The translations under genes were made by a program, and so were the position numbers. The notes under the pieces were generated by a model that saw only the letters and a program-made list of their open reading frames with translations, ran no database searches and was not told the DNA's origin. 24,000 bases of DNA from an uncultured Actinomycetota bacterium (GTDB lineage: Bacteria > Actinomycetota > Actinomycetes > Mycobacteriales > Nakamurellaceae): contig CAVOFW010000002.1 in NCBI GenBank assembly GCA_963695045.1, positions 1-24,000 of the forward strand. The letters run 5' to 3'. Of the stretch, positions 15,914 to 23,934 are shown in pieces. Position 1 is the first letter of the stretch. Each line of letters begins with the position of its first letter.

Positions 15914-16789
15914 CTAAACCCGGCTGTGAACCCTGTCAAGGTGATCGTCGGTGAGCGCGCTCCTGTCAAGCGTGCGTGTCAGCCATTCGATCCAATGAGT
16001 GAGGCCGTCATCCGCCGTGGCGGTAACTTTCACTATCTCGGTGCGCCCATTCAGGCGATGCACGTCTGCGCTGAAACGGTGAATATCGAAGTCCAGGTAC
16101 GGCAGCAGATCCATTTTGTTGATCAGCACCAGATCTGCTGCGGCGAACATGTGCGGGTACTTCAGAGGCTTGTCCGAGCCTTCGGTGACCGAGGCCAAGA
16201 CCACCCGGGTGGCCTCGCCAAGATCGAAAAGCGCAGGACATACCAGGTTTCCGACATTCTCGATGAACAACAACGTGCCGCGTTGTGGGTCGAGTGCCAG
16301 CAATGCGCTCATGATCATGTCAGCGTCCAAGTGGCACCCGGCCCCGGTGTTGATCTGCACGACAGGACACCCCGCCGTGCGGATCCGCTCCCCGTCGAGC
16401 GGAGTTTCCTGGTCACCTTCGATGACGGCAATGGGTATATCGCGACCGACATTGGCAATGGTCTTTTCAAGCAGGGTCGTCTTGCCCGAACCGGGCGAGC
16501 TCATCAGATTGATCGCGAAAACTCCCCGGTCCGCGAGCCATTGGCGGTTGTTTTTGGCGAGTGAGGCATTCTTTGCCAAGATCCGTTGTTCCAGTACAAC
16601 GGTGCGGTCTGCGCCGGCAGCCGCCTGGTGCTCATGCCGATGGCCAGGTTCGGGGTCGGGGTGCTGGTGATGTTCATTCTCATGTCGTGGTTGGCCGTCA
16701 TGGTGATGGCCGTGTTCGGCCACCGCTGGGTCGGACAGCATGGTCACCCGCGTTCCGGCTTCGTCGCCACAGCCGCATGTTGCGCACAT
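15914..16789 (-). CDS. hypB: Nickel-inserting GTPase HypB with a His-rich N-terminal region
   Basis: MCATCGCG (CxxCGC) start, His-rich stretch HGHHHDGQPRHENEHHQHPDPEPGHRHEH, P-loop GSPGSGKT, and ENVGNLVCP. Confidence 0.95.
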   Translation of the reverse strand: MCATCGCGDEAGTRVTMLSDPAVAEHGHHHDGQPRHENEHHQHPDPEPGHRHEHQAAAGADRTVVLEQRILAKNASLAKNNRQWLADRGVFAINLMSSPGSGKTTLLEKTIANVGRDIPIAVIEGDQETPLDGERIRTAGCPVVQINTGAGCHLDADMIMSALLALDPQRGTLLFIENVGNLVCPALFDLGEATRVVLASVTEGSDKPLKYPHMFAAADLVLINKMDLLPYLDFDIHRFSADVHRLNGRTEIVKVTATADDGLTHWIEWLTRTLDRSALTDDHLDRVHSRV

Positions 16790-16790
16790 T

Positions 16791-17120
16791 TCAGGCCACC
16801 TTTACAGATCGGATCAGCATTTCCTGGCCGCTGATGACACTCACGTCCGCACTTCCGCACTGGCAGAGCAGGACTGGGTGCTGCAGGACGAAATCGCGGC
16901 CACAGGACCTGCAACTCGCCCGTCCCTCCGGCTCGTCGATTTCCAGAATGGCGCCGTCCATCGTGGTGTCAGCGGTGGCCAGTTCGAAGCAGAACCGGAG
17001 CGCGTCCGGGACCACGCCGCTCAGCTTGCCGATGGTCAGATGAATTGCGCTGATACGGGTGTCGCCGAGCCGTTCGGTAACCTGCTCGACCACACCTTGG
17101 ATGACCGCCAACTCATGCAC
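16791..17120 (-). CDS. hypA: Nickel metallochaperone HypA
   Basis: GTG 17120 (VHELAVIQGVVEQV, i.e. the MHE start motif) has GAGGGAG upstream. Zinc motif CRSCG ... CQCG; the second pair is CxC rather than CxxC. Its stop lies 1 nt before the hypB ATG. Confidence 0.85.
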   Translation of the reverse strand: MHELAVIQGVVEQVTERLGDTRISAIHLTIGKLSGVVPDALRFCFELATADTTMDGAILEIDEPEGRASCRSCGRDFVLQHPVLLCQCGSADVSVISGQEMLIRSVKVA

Positions 17121-17154
17121 CAAGCGGCTCCCTCGTCGGAGTTGCGCACGCCGA

Positions 17155-17499
17155 TCAACAACGTGCCCACGACAGCCAGCGCATTCGCACACGGATTGAG
17201 CTGTCAGGAGATGAAGCTACGCCCGTCCTGCCACAAAAGTCCCGCCCGGCAGTTGGTTCGAACACGTGCCGGGAGATCGCGAGGCACCCGTCCCGGCAGT
17301 GGCACAGCGCTGCCTTCGGCGCGTCCAGCGACAGAACTGGGATATGGACGGGCTCCATCGCCAAGTAGGCCGCTGTTTCGCAAGTCGAACGGTCAGCGGG
17401 CGCTTTTGGGCATTGGCGGTGGGGCCGCCAGGCGGTCGGTCTTGGGCCGATCGACTCGGTAGTGGCTGAACTGATGCTGTGTCCGTCCACTGTGGACAC
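17155..17499 (-). CDS. Questionable hypothetical ORF upstream of hypA
   Basis: 114-aa track ORF. A hand count of third positions gave 17/20 G/C at 17281-17338 but only 10/20 at 17161-17218. No RBS and no recognisable motif. Confidence 0.2.
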   Translation of the reverse strand: MSTVDGHSISSATTESIGPRPTAWRPHRQCPKAPADRSTCETAAYLAMEPVHIPVLSLDAPKAALCHCRDGCLAISRHVFEPTAGRDFCGRTGVASSPDSSIRVRMRWLSWARC

Positions 17500-17608
17500 A
17501 AGAAAGGTCGTTCAATGATGTGTGGTCAAGATCGTGGCGGCGCGCGTTCCGTGCTGTCGGCGGCGCTCGGCGATCGGTCTGATCGCAAATGGAACTACCA
17601 ACGAGTGA

Positions 17609-17638
17609 GTGTCCGAGGGGGACTTGAACCCCCAACAA
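17609..17638 (-). other. tRNA-like 3' fragment (T-arm plus acceptor strand), possibly an integration-site remnant
   Basis: The minus strand reads TTGTT-GGGGG-TTCAAGT-CCCCC-TCGGACA-C, a canonical T-stem/loop. I could not fold D or anticodon arms from the upstream sequence. Confidence 0.3.
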
Positions 17639-17720
17639 GGCTGAATTCTGGACTGCGATCATGTAAAACCCCAGGTCAGCGGAGCTTACCGTTGACCGTT
17701 ATGGGCCAACAAATGGTCTA

Positions 17721-17741
17721 GGTGTTGACGTCGTCAACACC
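17721..17741. promoter_or_regulatory. 21-bp palindrome (9-bp arms) containing TTGACG, immediately upstream of the 17754 ORF
   Basis: ggtgttgac-gtc-gtcaacacc. GGAGG follows at 17746-17750 and the GTG at 17754. Confidence 0.4.
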
Positions 17742-17753
17742 CACTGGAGGCGT

Positions 17754-18428
17754 GTGGGTGGCAATGCGATTGCCCGGATCGCCGAAGCCCAGGCCTCGAT
17801 CACCGCCTTAGGAACCGACATCGATCGACTTGCAATACAGGTCGGCGACGAGGAGAACGTCGTGGACCAAACGGGCAGATTGCCGCAGGACCGGCGCGAA
17901 CTGATGCTCGCGATTTTCTCTGCACTGCCGCTCGGTACAGGTTCGGCAACTGCGTGTCACTGTTGCAGAGCGCGCATCGTCGAAGCCAACGACAGACGAC
18001 AAGACCGCACGTCTCGAGCATCGGACGAAGCTGAACGATGCAACTCGCCGGCTCGACAAGCTACCCGCTGTTCCCGTGTTGACTGCGGACGACATGTGCT
18101 CTGAATGCCCGACTCCGGCGGACCGGCATGGCTGGGTCATGCCGGCGAGTGACGGGCCATGCCCGGCCTGGCCACGAGCGGCGGCGCGGGTACGAGAGGT
18201 GCGAAGGATGCTGCAACGGGCCACGCCAAAGTCCGAAGCCGCAACGGGCGCCGAAGATGCAGTCCAAGCCGCTTGCCGTGGTCCCGTCAGGCCCTGCCGA
18301 TCACAGAAGTACTTGCGCGACTGACTGAGATCCACGCGACTTACCCGGACGCGGAGGTCAGGCGTGGCAGGGCGAACCGGTGGGAGATCTGGGCAACGAA
18401 AGGCGGTAAGTCAACCCAGCTCGCTTGA
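17754..18428 (+). pseudogene. Hypothetical gene apparently broken by two frameshifts
   Basis: Protein-like translation hops between frames. Frame 0 covers 17754 to about 17930 (MGGNAIARIAEAQASITALGTDIDRLAIQV...). Frame 1 covers about 17940-18290 (...KTARLEHRTKLNDATRRLDKLPAVPVLTADDMCSECPTPADRHGW...). Frame 0 then resumes at about 18290-18428 (...LPITEVLARLTEIHATYPDAEVRRGRANRWEIW...). Confidence 0.35.
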
Positions 18429-18811
18429 GATCAACGCCTTCCCAAACGGACAGATGTGTTCCTTCCGGCAACCTATGAATCACAAGAATGACGACCTCTT
18501 GGGACCCAGGCCATCGTGAGCACCCGCAGGTCGATCGGCATTGGTCCATATCAGGTGCTGAGGCGCACGAAACAGAATACGCCCACCCTGCCATCCATGG
18601 AAACGGAGGTCAGCCGCGCGGCAACGAATCCACCGGTTGATGATTCGCGAAGTGTCGAGCGAGACAGTCTGACTGGTAACAAGAATCGAGCACGTGGGGG
18701 CGAGAACTATTAGAGGGGATAATATCAGGGTCCCCGAATTTGTGGCGCATCATGGTGATGCCGAGCGATCGGCTCGGTTGGATCGGCCCCCCGATGTGGT
18801 CCGCGGCGCCC

Positions 18812-19408
18812 TCAAGCGCCTGGACGAGGGCCAGACCCGGTGATTCGCTCGACCAACTCGTCGCGGTAGGCCTGAGCGTCCTGCAGTTCCGGTTCGGAGC
18901 CGTCGGTCCGTTTCAGCGCGCCGTCGAGGATCCTCAACGCCTGCTGTTCGTCGCCCTTCGCGTCCGCCAGTCGTGCCGCGTTCTCCATGGCTTTCGCGAG
19001 CTTGGTGCGCGCCTCGGGTTCCTGGGCGGACTTGTTGATCCGGATCCAGTTGCCACCCGGGTCGACGACGGCGAACCCGGTGTACCGATCGTTGCGCAGC
19101 CGAGGCCTGGTCATGCGCGGAATGCCGGAGATGAGCACCTTCCCGTGCACGGCGCGCATCCCCGCCGCGAACGCCTCGAACAACGGCCCGGTGTCCTGCA
19201 CGATGATCAGGCACGTGCTGTGCGACTGCTCCGGAACGTGGCCCTCCATCCCGTAGAAATGCAGATTGATGTCCTCGCGCTGCAAGGCGATGTATGGGTT
19301 CGGCCGCGTCTGCCGATAGGTGAGCGAGAAGCCGAGCATCTCGTAGAAGGACGCGATTTCGTCGATGTCTCGACAGGGCAGGAGCGGAATCGTCAGTTCG
19401 TTTGCCAC
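18812..19408 (-). CDS. VOC (glyoxalase/bleomycin-resistance/dioxygenase) family protein with a helical C-terminal extension
   Basis: 198 aa with a GTG start. The N-terminus IPLLPCRDIDEIASFYEMLGFSL and the later FAVVDPGGNWIRI are typical VOC beta-alpha-beta-beta-beta modules. Confidence 0.8.
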   Translation of the reverse strand: MANELTIPLLPCRDIDEIASFYEMLGFSLTYRQTRPNPYIALQREDINLHFYGMEGHVPEQSHSTCLIIVQDTGPLFEAFAAGMRAVHGKVLISGIPRMTRPRLRNDRYTGFAVVDPGGNWIRINKSAQEPEARTKLAKAMENAARLADAKGDEQQALRILDGALKRTDGSEPELQDAQAYRDELVERITGSGPRPGA

Positions 19409-19693
19409 CGCCCGAGACTAAGCCCGGACCAGCCGAAACGACACGGAGCAATTTGCTCAAGCGAACAGAAGAACGACTAGCAAGAACAACGCCTACAACA
19501 CGGCGATGACGAGCACCCGCCCACGCGACGTCCCCGCGTGCTTTAAGGCAACCCGACAGGCGACGCTCCGGTGAGCGCATGTTCAGGCCCGAGCCCAGCC
19601 GCCGATCGCGAAGCATTTCGGTGTCTGGGTCGGCCTTGCCACCCGGCGCGGGAACCGGGTCGTCAAGAAGGCGAAATACACGGTCGCGCAGCG

Positions 19694-19978
19694 CTAGTGG
19701 CGGACCCTTCCGGCACGTGACGACCGCGCTGGCAGGCGTCGCTGGACCGGTTCTGTGAACGGATCATCAACCGGCGCAAACGCGTCGGCCCCGACGGGAG
19801 CCAATGCACCGTTGGTGATCTCGCTGTCGCTGAACTGTTCCGTCCGGGCCCGAAAACGCCACCCGTCACCGTCATAACTGTGACCCGGAAGGCGACAGAG
19901 CAGGCACTTGTGCACTACCGCGGGAACCGGTACTTCTTCCCACTCGAAATCGCGGGCACGACCGTGACACTGACCCAT
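19694..19978 (-). CDS. Questionable hypothetical ORF
   Basis: MGQCHGRARDFEWEEVPVPAVVHKCLLCRLPGH... Codons have mixed third positions and I see no recognisable motif. It faces the 20157 gene across a palindrome-rich spacer. Confidence 0.25.
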   Translation of the reverse strand: MGQCHGRARDFEWEEVPVPAVVHKCLLCRLPGHSYDGDGWRFRARTEQFSDSEITNGALAPVGADAFAPVDDPFTEPVQRRLPARSSRAGRVRH

Positions 19979-20014
19979 CAAACCGGCAACACCACCCCGT
20001 CGAAGGACGGCTGA

Positions 20015-20078
20015 GTCCGTCGATCAGCGGAGACAGCCGTCCACCGGTGCACCGGCTGATCGATGGACGGTGCACCGG
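20015..20078. promoter_or_regulatory. Operator-like cluster: two CGGTGCACCGG palindromes nested in a 14-bp inverted repeat
   Basis: ccggtgcaccgg (20044-20055) is a perfect 12-bp palindrome, and cggtgcaccgg occurs again at 20068-20078. gtccgtcgatcagc (20015-20028) matches the reverse complement of gctgatcgatggac (20055-20068) at 13 of 14 positions. Confidence 0.4.
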
Positions 20079-20156
20079 AGTGCGGGCGCCCAGAATGATT
20101 GCTGTCAGGAAAACACACTTTTAGGCAAGCAGGCCGAATAACTTTGGAGCATCACC

Positions 20157-20417
20157 ATGAACATCGTCGCGAAGACCGCAGCGGTCGTGCTGGCAGCGGC
20201 AGCGCTGTGCGGACTCGGGATCGGAACCATCGCCGCAGCCCCTTCAGACCAGGTGAGTGGCCCAACCTCTACTCGCACGGACCTCAAGGAGTTCGACGTC
20301 GAGGTCCCGCTTCGCACTGACGTGTGGAAGGGCTATACCGAGCTAAACCAGGACAGGCTCGGGCTCGGGGATGGGTGGGGGCTGTCTCCCGGCTGGGTGG
20401 AGGTTTCACCTCGGTGA
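20157..20417 (+). CDS. Small secreted protein (signal peptide)
   Basis: GGAGCATCACC precedes the ATG. MNIVAKTAAVVLAAAALCGLGIGTIAAAPSD looks like a Sec signal peptide with an AAA-P cleavage context. No family assigned. Confidence 0.5.
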   Translation: MNIVAKTAAVVLAAAALCGLGIGTIAAAPSDQVSGPTSTRTDLKEFDVEVPLRTDVWKGYTELNQDRLGLGDGWGLSPGWVEVSPR

Positions 20418-20857
20418 TTCGTCACTGGAGGGTGGCGGTACGCCCCGTTCGCGTTGGGCTCCCAGCCCCACACGCTCTCGCTGCACTGACGCTGCGAGGC
20501 AGTCCTGAATCTTGCGGTGTGACTCGGCATAGTCGCAAGGAAATCACCTTCGATACGGTCGCCGTCAAGGCCGGTGTCTCCCGGTCCTGGCTTTACCAGG
20601 CCACCGATCTACGCGACCGGATGATCGAACTCCCCACCACCACACGGCCGATGTCGGCCATCGCGCCCGCTCCCCAGCAACGGGCCTCGCAGGCGTCGCT
20701 GCTGGCTCGCCTGGAGATCACCCAGGAACGGCTGCGGCAAGTCGTCGCGGACAACGCCGCCCTGCGGGCACAGCTCGAACAGGCTCTCGGCGTCATCCGC
20801 GCGGAACGGCAAGGCCTGCAACCGGTGCCCGCTTCCCGGCAAGACGGCGGGGGCTGA
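20414..20857 (+). CDS. DUF6262-like HTH/coiled-coil protein, orphaned (N-terminus possibly degenerate)
   Basis: ITFDTVAVKAGVSRSWLYQATDLRDRMIEL ... QRASQASLLARLEITQERLRQVVADNAALRAQLEQALG. This matches my memory of the small protein encoded after three tandem tyrosine recombinases in actinobacterial elements. Clear similarity starts at about 20537. The start is uncertain; GTG 20414 overlaps the preceding stop. Confidence 0.5.
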   Translation: MIRHWRVAVRPVRVGLPAPHALAALTLRGSPESCGVTRHSRKEITFDTVAVKAGVSRSWLYQATDLRDRMIELPTTTRPMSAIAPAPQQRASQASLLARLEITQERLRQVVADNAALRAQLEQALGVIRAERQGLQPVPASRQDGGG

Positions 20858-20916
20858 CAGGATCGTTGGGTCGGTGGCGACTGCTCACCGAGACGGCACG
20901 GCGGACGGGGACAGTG

Positions 20917-22683
20917 ATGACGAAGTACCACCTGGGCGCGGACGAGGGCATCACGTTCAGCCCGACCGGGACGAACACCGCCTACACCGAGTACGCCGAC
21001 ACCGTCCCCGCTGCGATGACCGACCACTCCCGCACGATGGACGCCGGCATCTTCGAGATCACCGGCAAGAACGTCTATCAGATCTTCGGGTTCGCGTTGT
21101 CGGCGATGACCGTCGTCGTCGGTGATGACGGGGTCATCCTGATCGACCCACCCGAAGACGTCGAGAAGGGCCGCACGGTCAAGACGCAACTGGAAGGCAT
21201 CACCGACAAACCCATCAAGGCGATCGTTTACTCGCACTGGCATACCGACCACTACGCCGGGGTGAAGGCCCTTGTCTCCCAGGAACAGGTCGACACCGGC
21301 GAGTGCGTGATCATCGCGCACCGCGATTTCTTGGACAACGTGGTCGCAAACTCGATCTCCGGGGACGGCCCGATTATCGCTGGCCGCGCTGACTACTCGC
21401 TGGGCAGCCTGCTCGAAGTCGGCCCCCTGGGACGGGTCAACGGCGGCCTTGGCCCGGACTTCGTGATGCAGACCCTGTCCCTGATCGCCCCCACCCTGCT
21501 GGTTGATGACACCCTCGAGCACACCGTCGCCGGCGTTCGCATGGTGCACAGTTGGGCGCCGTCGGAGGCGATCGACGAAATCATTACCTGGTTCCCCGAC
21601 CTTGGGGTGCTGCAGTCCGCCGAGGTCATCCAGGGCGAATCGTTCCCGAACCTGCACACCATCCGCGGATCCCGTTACCGGGACCCCCAGGCCTGGTTCA
21701 AATCCATCGACAAGCACCTGCGGCCGCTGCCGGCGGAGTTCATGATCCCATCCCACGGCCGGCCGGCCGCCGGGAGGGCGGAGGTCGCGAAGATCCTGCG
21801 GGATTACCGGGACGCGATCAGTTTCGTCTACGACCAGACCCTGCGCGGAATGAACCTCGGTCTGCTGCCTGACGACCTCGTCCAGCGCGTCAACCTGCCG
21901 GCATCGCTGGCCGGCAGTGAATGGTTGGGTGACTTCTACGGCGGGGTTCCGCACTCGGTGCGGGAGATCTATGTCGGCGAGCTCGGCTGGTTCGACGGCG
22001 ACCCCACCAGCCTCGCACCTTTGCACCCGAAGGAGTCCTCGACCCGCTACATCGAGCTCATGGGCGGCCGGGACAGCGTCTACACCGAAGCGGTGAGAGC
22101 CGCCGAGGCCAACGATCACCAGTGGGCAGCGGAACTATTCCGGCACCTGGTTCGCGTCGACCCCACCGACAGAAAAGCCCGCACCGGCAAGGCAGAAGCA
22201 TTGCGCCGCATCGGGTACACCACAACAAACAGCAACTGGCGGAACTGGTACCTCACCGCCGCCCAGGAGCTCGACGGCACCATCGACTACACCCTGGCCC
22301 TGAACATCAACGCCCCCGACCAGGCCGCCGCATTCCCACCAGAAGCGGTCCTGGAATCATTCCGGTTCCGGCTGGACCCCGACAAGGTCCGAGGGATCAC
22401 CGAAACGATCGGTGTCATAGTCTCCGACTATCAGCAGGATTTCGGGCTCACCATCCGCAACGGCATCGTCGAAGTCACCCAATCAGTGCCGGCCGATGCC
22501 ACCGCCGTGATCACGGCGCCCAAGATGGTGCTCCTCGGCATGGTCTTCACCGACCTCGTCGACGCTCTCAACAAGGCCACCGAAGCCGGCGCGGCCACCG
22601 TCACGGACCTGAAGGCGGCGACCACATTCCTTCGCTACTTCGACCCGAAGAACACCACGCCTATCACCCTCAGCGACCGCTGA
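20917..22683 (+). CDS. MBL-fold alkyl/aryl-sulfatase (SdsA1/BDS1-like) with a dimerisation domain and an SCP2-like C-terminus
   Basis: 588 aa from ATG 20917. Metallo-beta-lactamase motif VYSHWHTDHYAG. Characteristic mid-region FPNLHTIRGSRYRDPQAWFKSID, ELGWFDGDPTSL and NWRNWYLTAAQEL. No signal peptide. Confidence 0.9.
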   Translation: MTKYHLGADEGITFSPTGTNTAYTEYADTVPAAMTDHSRTMDAGIFEITGKNVYQIFGFALSAMTVVVGDDGVILIDPPEDVEKGRTVKTQLEGITDKPIKAIVYSHWHTDHYAGVKALVSQEQVDTGECVIIAHRDFLDNVVANSISGDGPIIAGRADYSLGSLLEVGPLGRVNGGLGPDFVMQTLSLIAPTLLVDDTLEHTVAGVRMVHSWAPSEAIDEIITWFPDLGVLQSAEVIQGESFPNLHTIRGSRYRDPQAWFKSIDKHLRPLPAEFMIPSHGRPAAGRAEVAKILRDYRDAISFVYDQTLRGMNLGLLPDDLVQRVNLPASLAGSEWLGDFYGGVPHSVREIYVGELGWFDGDPTSLAPLHPKESSTRYIELMGGRDSVYTEAVRAAEANDHQWAAELFRHLVRVDPTDRKARTGKAEALRRIGYTTTNSNWRNWYLTAAQELDGTIDYTLALNINAPDQAAAFPPEAVLESFRFRLDPDKVRGITETIGVIVSDYQQDFGLTIRNGIVEVTQSVPADATAVITAPKMVLLGMVFTDLVDALNKATEAGAATVTDLKAATTFLRYFDPKNTTPITLSDR

Positions 22684-22820
22684 AACCACGGGAAAGGATC
22701 GCTTTGCTGGCTCGTGGACCCCGTCCAGCACGCAGCCCCGCACGTCAGCACCACTATCGCGCAGGCGGCACAAGATAATCGCTGAACCCGGCCGCGAAAA
22801 CAACTATCGCGCCGTCTTCG

Positions 22821-23066
22821 ATGCGCGGCCGGGAGTACCCGATGAAGCAGGGCGGCCGCACCGACCGGATCGGGCCACTGGTGATGCCCGTCCCGAGCAC
22901 CGACGGCACCGGGAATTCAACAGGTGGCTGGCGGTATGTCGGCAAGGTTGGCAGCGGGTTCACCGGCCAGGCGCTGGGGAACCTCGCCGCCGAACTGGCG
23001 CCGCTGCGGCGGGACACCCCGCCCCTGGACACCAAACCCTTCGCCGCCGAGGTCCGCGGCTCGTGA
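22821..23066 (+). pseudogene. C-terminal (OB-fold) fragment of an ATP-dependent DNA ligase (LigC/LigD type)
   Basis: GGRTDRIGPLVMPVP...WRYVGKVGSGFTGQALGNLAAELAPLRRDTPPLD resembles the LigD segment GGRSSGVGSLLMGIP...FAGRVGTGLSERELANLKEMLAPLHTDESPF, as remembered. The adenylation domain is absent. A degenerate continuation may run in the +1 frame to about 23220. Confidence 0.5.
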
Positions 23067-23517
23067 AGAGAAACATGTTGCCGGAGAAAACATCCCCGGA
23101 TGCGCACAGGATGTGCGCTGCGGCACTTGTTGCCGGGGTGGGGACGTTCGGCCCTGCTTGGGTGACCTTGGCCGAGAAGACTCGAGATACGGGCGGCCTC
23201 CGACTGGATGTCCTCCGCTCAGAAACGTGAAATGGGTGCTCTCGTGAGGCAACGTGTCCATCGCCCTTGTTCCCAACGTCAACGGCGCCTCAGTGGACCA
23301 AGGCGCACTGCGTGGTCGTGGGGGCCCGATTCAGCAACTGGTGTGTCAATAAATGCCGCAGGCGGCGGCGGCAAACTAGTTCGGAAACGCACACCTTCTG
23401 TCGCCTCGGTAGGTCAATCGACCAGAGACGTTGCAGCCCTGACGCTTCCGCTGACCTCATTCAACCTGAGTGCTGTCCTGCTCCGGCGAAGGTGCCTGGG
23501 TTGGGGAGCCACTCACG

Positions 23518-23934
23518 ATGAGCAGTGTCGCGCCCTTGCCGGCAATGACCCGCTGCACGCCGCGGATCAGTCCGCCACCGGATCCGCCCACTCTCTCAGC
23601 CGCTGTCATTGCCGGTTTGGCAGGATGCGCATCAACGGGCTCGATGACCGCACAGGAAGTCGTCGATGCGTTTGCTGCTCGGGGATTGCCGGTTGTGAAT
23701 GACCGTGATAACTCCAAGCAGAATTGCGACTCTCTTGGGTGCGATCAGATGATCACAACTGACAACATAACGGTGGTCAGCTGGTCGGATGATGTTGATC
23801 AAAAACACTACGCCGCGGCCTTCGGCAGTAACGCATATTCGTCCGGATCAATCATCCTATCTTACGCAGCAGCCCGCACACCAGTCGCAAATCAGGCAAA
23901 ATACGAAGCGGCGCTAGCCGATATTTTACGGTGA
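23518..23934 (+). CDS. Putative lipoprotein, low-GC gene
   Basis: Lipobox LSAAVIAGLAG-C. ATG 23518 chosen, ATG 23545 is an alternative. My hand count for 23701-23760 is 29/60 G+C, against 42/60 at 13001-13060 inside hhyL. Confidence 0.7.
   Translation: MSSVAPLPAMTRCTPRISPPPDPPTLSAAVIAGLAGCASTGSMTAQEVVDAFAARGLPVVNDRDNSKQNCDSLGCDQMITTDNITVVSWSDDVDQKHYAAAFGSNAYSSGSIILSYAAARTPVANQAKYEAALADILR

Noticed and set aside
17609-17700. A complete tRNA gene on the minus strand.
   Set aside because: Only the T-arm and the 3' acceptor strand fold. Testing variable loops of 4 and 5 nt gave no valid anticodon stem, I found no D-arm, and the complementary 5' acceptor strand (TGTCCGA) is absent. I keep it only as a fragment.
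18358-18594. Minus-strand 78-aa ORF containing QEVVILVIHRLPEG, which is reminiscent of the C-terminus of RelE/ParE toxins. This might indicate a toxin-antitoxin remnant.
   Set aside because: Only about 10 residues resemble the motif. The rest is Cys/Ser-rich junk in all frames I translated, and no antitoxin-like partner ORF is present.
19446-19458. Palindrome gagcaa-t-ttgctc about 40 bp upstream of the VOC gene start, as an operator.
   Set aside because: It is a single short dyad (6-bp arms) with no second copy and no nearby regulator gene. It could easily arise by chance.
18750-19616. 288-aa minus-strand ORF and 246-aa plus-strand ORF (18740-19480) overlapping the VOC gene.
   Set aside because: Both are Arg-rich shadow frames. 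The 18812-19408 frame gives a clean VOC-fold sequence.
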